A stretch of 55,143 nucleotides of DNA from an uncultured virus (IMG/VR IMGVR_UViG_3300009167_000001) (Duplodnaviria; Heunggongvirae; Uroviricota; Caudoviricetes). A program made the translations under genes and the position numbers. Positions 17,795 to 26,149 of this stretch are shown piece by piece; position 1 is the stretch's first letter; each line of letters starts with the position of its first letter. The notes below the pieces were generated by a model that made no database searches, was not told the origin of the DNA, and saw nothing but the letters and a program-made list of their open reading frames with translations. Where the stretch lies: IMG/VR virus record IMGVR_UViG_3300009167_000001, one strand, 5' to 3'.

Positions 17795-18865
17795 ATGGCC
17801 TACCCTCATATGACAGAACAGGAGAAGGAATTGGCGATACAGAAAACGATTGAAGATGTAAATAAGAAATATGGTAAGGGCGCTTTGGTAAGAGGCGCAG
17901 ATGCCAGAGGTCTTAAAATAAATAGACTTAAAACTGGTTCCATAGCCCTTGATGTAGCGACTGGTGGTGGCTGGGCTTGGGGAAAATTAAATGAGATTTT
18001 TGGTCCTTATTCTGGTGGCAAATCCTATGTCTCCCAGCTTACTATGGCACAAACACAAAAAGATTTCCCCAGTTCTAATGTAGCTCTCATTGATTTTGAG
18101 GGAGCATTTGACTCAGATTGGGCTAACAAAATTGGAGTTGATGTAGATAATCTTCTTATAAATTCTCCAGAGTTTATGGAAGATGGTCTTCAAATTGCTG
18201 TTGACCTTATTCATAGTGAAGATTGCGCTCTTATTGTAGTAGATTCCTTAGCTGCTGCTTGTCCTAAAGCAGAATATGATGGAGATATTTCTGAATTCAC
18301 AGTAGGACTAAGAGCTAGACTAGGTAATAAATTTGTGCGTAAAAGTAGGTCTAAAACTAATCTTCTTGATGATGAATTAGATTTAGGGCAAACAACAATC
18401 TTGATTGTAAATCAAACTTACATGAAAATTGGAGGTTATGGCGACCCTGAAGTTACTCCAGGTGGAGAACAAGTTAAATTTGGTGCCATGATTAGAGTAA
18501 AAATTCGTAAAGGTGAGGTTATTAATAACACTCAAGATGGTACTCAAATTATGCAGGAGAGCAGATTCTCGGTTGTAAAAAATAAAACGTTTCCCCCTCA
18601 TAAAGCAGGAGCATTTTGGTTTTCTACCCAAGATAATCCTAAAGGTAAAGCTGGAGAAATTTATCGCGCGGGAGAGATTATTACTTATGGTGTACTTACT
18701 GGCGTAATTAATAGGTCTGGTGCATGGTATAGTCTTCCTGAAGAATTTGGATTAGAAAAATCTCTACAAGGTGAAGCTGCTGTAGCAGATTGGGTAGCTG
18801 AAAATCCAGATAAATATCCTAGACTTGAAGAACTTGTAATGAAAGAAATTTTAATAAAGGAGTAA
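17795..18865 (+). CDS. recA: RecA-family recombinase
   Basis: TGSIALDVATGGG, EIFGPYSGGKS, IDFEGAFD, VVDSLAA, NQ, TPGG..VKF, VKNK..PP, SGAWYS. Confidence 0.92.
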   Translation: MAYPHMTEQEKELAIQKTIEDVNKKYGKGALVRGADARGLKINRLKTGSIALDVATGGGWAWGKLNEIFGPYSGGKSYVSQLTMAQTQKDFPSSNVALIDFEGAFDSDWANKIGVDVDNLLINSPEFMEDGLQIAVDLIHSEDCALIVVDSLAAACPKAEYDGDISEFTVGLRARLGNKFVRKSRSKTNLLDDELDLGQTTILIVNQTYMKIGGYGDPEVTPGGEQVKFGAMIRVKIRKGEVINNTQDGTQIMQESRFSVVKNKTFPPHKAGAFWFSTQDNPKGKAGEIYRAGEIITYGVLTGVINRSGAWYSLPEEFGLEKSLQGEAAVADWVAENPDKYPRLEELVMKEILIKE

Positions 18866-18868
18866 AAA

Positions 18869-19114
18869 ATGTCTGTACAGGAAAAATTAAAAAGCGCAGA
18901 AGAAAGTAAATATGTAAGAGCATTTAGGTTTGGTACTTTGCTTGATTATATGTTCCTTATCTTCATGACCTTAAAACTAGTTGGAGTTATTGATTGGAGT
19001 TGGTGGTGGGTTACTGCTCCATTATGGATGCCAATAGCTTTATTAGCTGCTATCTTTTCCCTTGCTGGTATTCTTTATTTGATAGCAAAGGGATTAGAGA
19101 AAAAAGTTGTCTAG
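18869..19114 (+). CDS. small membrane protein
   Basis: LKLVGVIDWSWWWVTAPLW motif. Confidence 0.65.
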   Translation: MSVQEKLKSAEESKYVRAFRFGTLLDYMFLIFMTLKLVGVIDWSWWWVTAPLWMPIALLAAIFSLAGILYLIAKGLEKKVV

Positions 19115-19475
19115 TCGTAAATCAAGAAAGTTAGAAGAGAAAACTGCCAAAGATTTTATTGGAGGAAAAGTGCAAATCGCATCGGGCGCACTTCCATTTT
19201 GGAAACAAGATGTTTCTGCCGATAATTTTCTTATAGAACATAAATATACTGAGCCTTATACCAAAGGTTATGTTCTTAAAAAATCCTACTTTAAAAGCGT
19301 CATTGACGAAGCCTTTAAGCTAGGTAAATTACCTATGATGGTAATAGAGTTTACAGGTAAACCTGAGCTAAGAGTAGCTGTAATAAGATATGAAGATGCC
19401 TTGGCTCTTGACAGACTTCTAAAGCTAGAAGAAGAATATTATCATGATGGAATAGAAAAAGATTTAAATACATAA
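19107..19475 (+). CDS. PD-(D/E)xK nuclease, Holliday junction resolvase-like
   Basis: E..A...GG....SGA...K.DV....LIEHKYT. Confidence 0.7.
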   Translation: MSSRKSRKLEEKTAKDFIGGKVQIASGALPFWKQDVSADNFLIEHKYTEPYTKGYVLKKSYFKSVIDEAFKLGKLPMMVIEFTGKPELRVAVIRYEDALALDRLLKLEEEYYHDGIEKDLNT

Positions 19476-19483
19476 GGAGACAA

Positions 19484-20437
19484 ATGGCGCAAAATTTAAA
19501 GGAGCTTGTAAAGAAGAATAAAAAGTATGTTCGTGAAGACATAAATCTTAATGAACTCATAGATAAATTTTTACTTTCAGAGCAGAATAGAAAGTCAGAA
19601 TATTTTATTCCTGCATTTCATCCCTCTCTTATCTCTAAGGGAGTAGAGTGTCAAATCTGGTGGTACTATTTCCTTAAAAATCAAGAGTCTCTTCCTGAAG
19701 AATGGTCTGATGAAAATCTCACAGCTATGGCAGTTGGGAAAGCTATTCATAATGAAACTCAGCACATTCTTTATAGGATGGGAATTCTTGAGGGAGTATA
19801 TAAATGTATCTCCTGTGGTCATAAATTTTGGGCAACTTCACCCAAAGACCAATGCCCTAATTGTAGCCAGTTTTTCAAGAATTGGAGCTATCTAGAATTT
19901 AAAGAAGTTCCTATTCATACAGGATTGATAAGAGGTCATGCTGATGGTTTTATTAATCAACAAGGAACCAGATTTTTGCTTGAGTTGAAATCTATAAAGA
20001 ATGTTGATAGACCTAATGCTAATTATGGGTTTGAAAAACTTATCAATAGACCATTAGATGACCATTTCATACAGACTCAGCTTTATTTGTATGGTTGGTA
20101 TGAACTAGCTAAAAAAGCTCCCCTTGAAGAAGAATTTATTTTAGATGAAAATAATAGAATTTCTACAGAAAAACTTGATGGGCCAGTTTATGAAGGTGCT
20201 AAGATAATTGGTGTTATAAATCAAGGTCTTGTAGAATATATAGCAAAAAATTCTTCTGAGAAAAAATCATTTCTTATCAAACGTAGTACAGCCGCCATAC
20301 AATTCCTTCTTGATGAAATGCAGTTAATATGGAAAGCTTATTTAGAAGACTCTCTTGACGATTTAAAAGGAATAGTGTATACTGATAAAGGCAAATGTAA
20401 AAAATGCCAATATAGGAGTGTATGTAGTTGGACATAA
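19484..20437 (+). CDS. Cas4-like PD-(D/E)xK exonuclease with Zn-ribbon insert
   Basis: HPS...C, G...H, GHADG, LLELKS, QTQLY, C-terminal CKKCQYRSVC; internal CISC/CPNC. Confidence 0.75.
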   Translation: MAQNLKELVKKNKKYVREDINLNELIDKFLLSEQNRKSEYFIPAFHPSLISKGVECQIWWYYFLKNQESLPEEWSDENLTAMAVGKAIHNETQHILYRMGILEGVYKCISCGHKFWATSPKDQCPNCSQFFKNWSYLEFKEVPIHTGLIRGHADGFINQQGTRFLLELKSIKNVDRPNANYGFEKLINRPLDDHFIQTQLYLYGWYELAKKAPLEEEFILDENNRISTEKLDGPVYEGAKIIGVINQGLVEYIAKNSSEKKSFLIKRSTAAIQFLLDEMQLIWKAYLEDSLDDLKGIVYTDKGKCKKCQYRSVCSWT

Positions 20438-20760
20438 AGTTTTATGGTGAGCTATCAGACCCATCTGAGTTTTCTAAGGAACTGTTAGAAGAGTTTCTTA
20501 ATACTGGCTATGCTATAGAACAGAAGATAAATGGAATAACCTATATACGAATGACTGACCTTTATTATGAGGATTTAGGAGAGTATATAATTAAGCATCC
20601 TAGAGAGCTTTGTAGAGACTACTGGAATAGATTAGTTGAAGGTATAATATATCATGACCCAGTATACTTTGTTAAGAAACTATGTGAAACTCATACTACT
20701 ATTAAAAAACTTACACACAATAAAGTAGATTTTTGTGAGATGATAGGAGAGGAATTATGA
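20428..20760 (+). CDS. hypothetical protein
   Basis: 110-aa ORF in coupled run. Confidence 0.5.
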   Translation: MDIKFYGELSDPSEFSKELLEEFLNTGYAIEQKINGITYIRMTDLYYEDLGEYIIKHPRELCRDYWNRLVEGIIYHDPVYFVKKLCETHTTIKKLTHNKVDFCEMIGEEL

Positions 20761-21239
20761 TGGAGTTTAGGGCTGATGCTGAAATACTAACTGAAAGTGT
20801 TAGAGACGAACTAAGAAAAAAGGGTTTTGTATATCCAACAGAGGAAGTTGTAGGAGCTATTTCTGAAGAAGATAAAACTTTCCCTACAGAAGTATCTGAT
20901 TTACCTCAAGAAATTTTGCTAGATAAATTAGCTACTTTTACTACTCTTTATGCTGCCGCTGCTATGGGTGAAGCTAAATACGCAGTTGAAGTAAATATTC
21001 TTGAAAGAGACTTAGAATTCAGTAAGGCGGCAGCTTCTCATTCCAGTACAGCAACCAAAGTTACTGATAAACGGCAAGAGGTTGCAATTAATGAAAAAGT
21101 TGTACGGCTACAGGAAAAAATAAGTATTGCCGAAACTTATCTAAAGACCTATACAGTACTAAGAACTAACTATGAGAAATTCTGTTTCATGCTAAGTCGA
21201 GCTTTAACAGTTCGTGGAGAGGAATCTAGATTGCAATAA
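20757..21239 (+). CDS. helical protein, possible UvsY-like recombination mediator
   Basis: Coiled-coil pattern ending LSRALTVR; lies in the recA module. Confidence 0.4.
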   Translation: MMEFRADAEILTESVRDELRKKGFVYPTEEVVGAISEEDKTFPTEVSDLPQEILLDKLATFTTLYAAAAMGEAKYAVEVNILERDLEFSKAAASHSSTATKVTDKRQEVAINEKVVRLQEKISIAETYLKTYTVLRTNYEKFCFMLSRALTVRGEESRLQ

Positions 21240-21595
21240 TGGCAAAAGTGTCTCAACAATGGAAAGCATTAGAAAAAACTGCGGCACGAAAACTAGGTGG
21301 CGAACGTCTAGTAAGGGGTGACGATTTTTCTCAGTCAATTCTTGATGTTGAGCATGACTTTCTGGCGATAGATTGCAAGTGGCGCACTACTCTAGCAGTA
21401 TGGACTTGGTTTCAAAAGCTAGTTAATGATAATGCAAAAATATACGGAAAAGGAAAGAAGGTGCCAATATTAGTTATAAAGAAAAAGGGAATGAGAAGCG
21501 AGCTTGTTGTCATAGAAATTGACGACTTTATTAAAGTAGTAAATGGCGAATATTATATCGAACCAAAGGAGATAGAAAATGGCGAAGAAAACTGA
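21239..21595 (+). CDS. second PD-(D/E)xK resolvase-like nuclease
   Basis: WKALEK.AA..LGG.R...DV.....IDCKWR. Confidence 0.6.
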   Translation: MAKVSQQWKALEKTAARKLGGERLVRGDDFSQSILDVEHDFLAIDCKWRTTLAVWTWFQKLVNDNAKIYGKGKKVPILVIKKKGMRSELVVIEIDDFIKVVNGEYYIEPKEIENGEEN

Positions 21596-21893
21596 AGATA
21601 CACTAGAAACTCTTAAAGTTGCTGGTTCTACTAATCCCTCTAGTCTAGCTGGAGCAATTGTTAAGATTGTTAATAAAAATGCAGATTGTGAGCTTATTAC
21701 TATTGGTGCTGGTCCTTGTAATCAGGCTATGAAAGCCGTCGCTATTGCGAATAGATTGCTTGGTTCTAGTGGTATGTCTCTTTCTGTAAAGCCCTGCTTC
21801 TATACTCTTGACCTTTCTAATGAAAGACAGGAAGGAAAAGAAGGTAAATCAGAAGTTACGGCTCTTAAATTCAAAATTATAGTTGAGAGGTAA
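21579..21893 (+). CDS. spoVS: SpoVS-family (Alba-fold) protein
   Basis: LKVAGSTNPSSLAGAI...TIGAGPCNQAMKAVAIA...PCF...TALKFKI matches the SpoVS pattern. Confidence 0.85.
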   Translation: MAKKTEDTLETLKVAGSTNPSSLAGAIVKIVNKNADCELITIGAGPCNQAMKAVAIANRLLGSSGMSLSVKPCFYTLDLSNERQEGKEGKSEVTALKFKIIVER

Positions 21894-21896
21894 AAA

Positions 21897-22193
21897 ATGG
21901 GAACTAAAATTTCAGTATCAGTAGATACTAAACTAGAAAAATATCCCAAAGCTACAGCTACTTTTGATGGCACAAACACGCCTAGATTTTGGCATGACCC
22001 AGTTCTTAGAAAAAGTTTGGCTGATGCTATAAATTTAGCTGGTGATAATAAGGATATTTTTGACTATTGTAACTTCCTATTTTCCCATGTAAACAACGCT
22101 ATTAGACGGCGTTATGGAGGACAAGAATTACAGCTTGAATCTGTTACTGTTATTGGTCAGTTTGGTGATAATTCTATTACGTCCTATCAATAA
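21897..22193 (+). CDS. hypothetical protein
   Basis: 98-aa ORF with GAGG RBS. Confidence 0.5.
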   Translation: MGTKISVSVDTKLEKYPKATATFDGTNTPRFWHDPVLRKSLADAINLAGDNKDIFDYCNFLFSHVNNAIRRRYGGQELQLESVTVIGQFGDNSITSYQ

Positions 22194-22402
22194 ATGGGAG
22201 TAAAAGTTAAAATACTAGAGCGGGATTTTGCTACCGGCACTCCTAATATATACTACAAGATTTTTCCTGAAGCCGATAAATTTGATATACTTATGAATGC
22301 AGAGCATGAACAGACACACTTGAAAATAATGAGTGCTGATGCTATAATAGCATTCTTCCCCTCTGGTGGTTGGTTAAGTGCGGAAATAATAAAGGAGAAA
22401 TA

Positions 22403-22837
22403 ATGCCTAAGTTAACTAATGAAGACCTTTTGAAAAATTTAGATTTTACTTGCGCCCGTTGTCAAGCAGAGTGTACTAAGATAAATGCGGCTGAACCTGA
22501 ACATGGATATATTTCTAAGGTAGATGGTTCCTTTGTTGGTCCTATTTGTAGTAACTGTTTAAATCAAATCCCTGAGCCAGAAAGACAGACTAGAAATCCA
22601 TTTCCTGAAACAGCTTTTCTTATTGTAATAAGACCCAATGGTGAGGGTGCTTTTATGACAACAGAAGGTGTTGGTTTAACCTATTTAAGAGAGCCTACTT
22701 TTCTTGATGTTATGCAAGGTTGCGAAAGAGTAAAGAAAGATGTAGAGGAATCTATTTTTGCTCAGAAGTTAACCAATCAAATCATGCATGTAGTGGCTGC
22801 AAGCCAGAAAGCACCCAAAATAATGGTTCCAAGATAA
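22403..22837 (+). CDS. Zn-binding hypothetical protein
   Basis: AAGGAG RBS, TAATG coupling; CARC...CSNC. Confidence 0.55.
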   Translation: MPKLTNEDLLKNLDFTCARCQAECTKINAAEPEHGYISKVDGSFVGPICSNCLNQIPEPERQTRNPFPETAFLIVIRPNGEGAFMTTEGVGLTYLREPTFLDVMQGCERVKKDVEESIFAQKLTNQIMHVVAASQKAPKIMVPR

Positions 22838-22847
22838 GGAGGTTTGT

Positions 22848-23150
22848 TTGAACATACCAAAACAGGTTAAAGCCTTTGGTAGAGTATATAAAATTATTAG
22901 AGACACTGATACAACAAATAAAATGGAGTGTTGGGGATATCTTGATGCTATGACAGATACCATTGTGCTTAGAAAAAGAAGCTGCGAGTTTACTCCTGGG
23001 CATGAAAAACAAGTTTTTTTTCATGAGTTAATGCATGTTGTTGATAGTAATTTTCATATAGGACTGACGGAAGAACAGATACAAACTATGAGTGTTGGAA
23101 TAACAACAATTATAGAAGATAATAAGCTGGATTTTACAAATGGAACCTAA
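22848..23150 (+). CDS. small HExxH metallopeptidase-like phage protein
   Basis: CWGY...IVL...QVFFHELMH...LTEEQI. Confidence 0.6.
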   Translation: MNIPKQVKAFGRVYKIIRDTDTTNKMECWGYLDAMTDTIVLRKRSCEFTPGHEKQVFFHELMHVVDSNFHIGLTEEQIQTMSVGITTIIEDNKLDFTNGT

Positions 23151-23381
23151 CGAATTACAACATTTATATACTATACAAGAAGGCTTAGAAAAACATTTTA
23201 GTCCTGTCTTTGTTGACTCCTGGAATGACGATGAGACTATAGTATTTAAGTGTGGAATAGATTGTGGCTTATATAAACCTACTATATGGTTATCTTTTCC
23301 TTTTTATACTGAGAGTGTTTTAACTTCAAATCCATATGATGTTGTTAATGCAATATGGGAGTATATTGTAGAGTATATGTA

Positions 23382-24062
23382 ATGAAAATTTATCTTGATG
23401 GTGTAGAATATAAGGCTTATAGAGAAATAATGGAAAGCCTTGATGTTCGATATGGGTGTCTCAATTATGAGTATATCTGGTCTAGAACACCAAGATTTTC
23501 TTTGGAAGAGGCTTGTGAGTTTCTTGATGAGGTACTAATAAATCCAGGAAATTTACTACCAATGCATGTTGAAGAGTATGTTGAATATTTGAATTCTCAT
23601 GCTTCAATTATTACAGTAGCCATAGAACTATACACTGAAGATAGATTTATGTTAGATACGGAATGTTTAGTTGATATTATTCCGTGGCATTATAATCTTA
23701 CATTAACTCCTAGAGCAGCAGTAGCAAATTTATCTGCTCCATTTGTGAAACAGGCTCTTAAAAAATTAAACGAACAAGGAACAAAAGTTCATGGTGTTAA
23801 CTGTGAACTTCCTTTTTTCGATAGTATGAATAGTGGAACATGGATGCGAGGAACAGCAGGATGGATTTCTGACTTCTCTAGAAAAAATAGAATAGAGATG
23901 CATACAAGAGATACAAGTTCTGCTATTGCTAGAAAACTTCTTTTAGAAGGATATAACTTAGATTTAAATAAGATTAAACGTGGTGACTGGAAAGCGATAG
24001 CTAAAATGAATTGTGCTTCATGGAAAAAATACCAGGATTATATGGAGGACAAATGCCAATGA
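23382..24062 (+). CDS. hypothetical protein, possibly a degenerate TGT/DpdA-like TIM barrel
   Basis: MKIYLDG start; KVHG...FDSMNSGTW resembles the HGxG/DSxSW motifs; no intact DSG motif. Confidence 0.35.
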   Translation: MKIYLDGVEYKAYREIMESLDVRYGCLNYEYIWSRTPRFSLEEACEFLDEVLINPGNLLPMHVEEYVEYLNSHASIITVAIELYTEDRFMLDTECLVDIIPWHYNLTLTPRAAVANLSAPFVKQALKKLNEQGTKVHGVNCELPFFDSMNSGTWMRGTAGWISDFSRKNRIEMHTRDTSSAIARKLLLEGYNLDLNKIKRGDWKAIAKMNCASWKKYQDYMEDKCQ

Positions 24063-24332
24063 CAACTCCAGGGAGGTTTCTTACGGTTTGTCCAGACCCT
24101 CCAACAAAATATGTTAAAGATAAAGATGGTTATCGTGGTAGAACAGAAGTTCTCACTTGTAAAACTAAATGCCCTGGTTGTCCTTATCCAAAATGGTTTG
24201 CTAAAAGCCAAAATTATATGGAGGAAAAATGAAAACTACTTGCGCTCAATGTGAATATTTTAAAACTAATGGTTGCAAAAATGTTTCTGGTGGTGATGGA
24301 GCTTGTGCAGCCTTTAAACAAGCGGAGAATAA

Positions 24333-24782
24333 ATGATAGAAGATGGAAAAATAAGTCCAGAAGAAGTAGAGATACTATCTGATGAAGTAGAAATTTGGCG
24401 ACCAGGAAAGCCTACTATCAGCTTTCTGCGCTGTAGAACGTGCTACTTGAGGAAAGAATGCCCTTATTGCGATGTAAACAGCGAAGTGTGCGCCTTAAAA
24501 GCCCTTGAAGACGTTGACACTACGACAGGAGAAGGTATAATAAGTATCGTGCAACAGCTTCTCAAGATTCAAGCGGAGCGAGTTTTCCGTTTTGTTAAAA
24601 TTGAAGAGGCTGAAGGTGGTATGCCTGACCCTAATGTTACTAATGAGCTTATGATATTTGTTTCTCTTGTAGAAAAACTCAAAAGAATATTAAGTGATGA
24701 TGACTTCTTAGTAATAAGAGCTAAAGGTAAAGCTTCTGAGGGTATATTAGCAAGGCTCTTTGGAGATATAGGAAAGGATTAA
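24333..24782 (+). CDS. Cys4 (CxxCxxxxxC...C) conserved phage protein
   Basis: CRTCYLRKECPYC....VC; QAERV...EEAEGG.PDPNV; GILARLFG. Confidence 0.55.
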   Translation: MIEDGKISPEEVEILSDEVEIWRPGKPTISFLRCRTCYLRKECPYCDVNSEVCALKALEDVDTTTGEGIISIVQQLLKIQAERVFRFVKIEEAEGGMPDPNVTNELMIFVSLVEKLKRILSDDDFLVIRAKGKASEGILARLFGDIGKD

Positions 24783-25237
24783 TAATGAAACTTCCGTTTA
24801 TTGATAACAGAGGATTTGAACGTTTGCCTGGAGATAAGGCTGCTTGTAGTGGTGCTTTTAGAAGAGCCGAAATAGATGCTCTTTTAGAAAAGAAAGAAAG
24901 CAAAGTACTAGGAACAGCAGCTAGGTTTCTTCAAGTACCTCAAACTGAAATCACTCAGATAATTCCTATGTCTACCAATGTTGTTAGTATTATTTTCATG
25001 GAAAAATTTCCTGATTTGTATGAATATGGAGACGATGATGATTAGGACGCTTCCTTCTTATGCAAGGTGTAAAGAAATTACTTCTGCTACAGAGGCTAAG
25101 AATTTTTTTGAAGAGTGGTTTGAAACCAAGGACCATCCAAAAGCAGAAGTATTGTTTAGACTTGCTTGGGAGCATGGTCATGCAAATGGTGTTTATGAAG
25201 TAGCAATCTATTATGATGATTTTATGGAGTTGATTAT

Positions 25238-25912
25238 ATGAAATTAGTCATTGGGTGTCCTGTTTATGAAAGAGAATGGAGTCTTCCTAGATGGTTTCAA
25301 TGTATATTTAATCAGAAGATGCCGCCTAAAAATATTGATTTAGTATTTGCTTATACAGAAGGAGCGGATAATACTCTTGAGGTCATTAATAAATATGGCG
25401 AAAAGTTTAATAGTCTTAACATCATTGATTGTAATGATTTACCCGCATTTGGTGATAGGGATTCTAAAAGGTTTTATTCGCTTGTTATCCTTCGTAATAG
25501 AATCCTTGAAAAACTCAGAGAATTACAACCAGACTACTTCTTTTCTTATGATAGCGATATTATCATTCCTGAAGAAACACTTAAAGGACTCATTAAAGAC
25601 AAGAAAGATATAGTTGGTCCTTGGATAGACTTAGTGCCGCCCAGTGGAATTCCTAACTGTGTAACTAAAATAGGAGAAGGTTTTCGTAGAAGAAAACCTT
25701 ATGCACAATTCTATCCTCAAGCTGGATTGTATGAAGTATCCTCAGTATTTGCAGTTTCGTTAATGATACCTGATGTGTTTAATACTTGTACTTACAAATG
25801 GCATTCAGGTGGTGAAGATTATGGCTTTGCTGAAGAAGTAATTAATGCTGGTTTTCATTCCTGGGTAGACGCTAATTTTATTGCTACACATCTTTATAAG
25901 AAGGATATATAA
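25238..25912 (+). CDS. glycosyltransferase family 2 (GT-A)
   Basis: IGCPVYER, LRN, FSYDSDII (DxD), GEDYGF. Confidence 0.8.
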   Translation: MKLVIGCPVYEREWSLPRWFQCIFNQKMPPKNIDLVFAYTEGADNTLEVINKYGEKFNSLNIIDCNDLPAFGDRDSKRFYSLVILRNRILEKLRELQPDYFFSYDSDIIIPEETLKGLIKDKKDIVGPWIDLVPPSGIPNCVTKIGEGFRRRKPYAQFYPQAGLYEVSSVFAVSLMIPDVFNTCTYKWHSGGEDYGFAEEVINAGFHSWVDANFIATHLYKKDI

Positions 25913-26149
25913 TGCAAATTTGCATAATGTGTGGTAGTTCAACTGAAGGTAGTATGGATGGTCCTTTTATTTGTGGTCATTGTGATTGTGGTATAAGACC
26001 AGATGGAGAAAAGTTTACTGTGGATGATGCTAGAAATTATTATATAAGGGTAAGAGAATGGAGACAGATGATACAAGAAATTCTTCCTAATGGCGATAGT
26101 TTTGATGTTGCCACTATGAAATTTTATAAAGAGAAAGGTTCTATTTTCA

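Noticed and set aside
19484..20437. Possible CRISPR-Cas locus (Cas4-like gene)
   Set aside because: No cas1/cas2, effector genes or repeat-spacer array in the window; context is recombination
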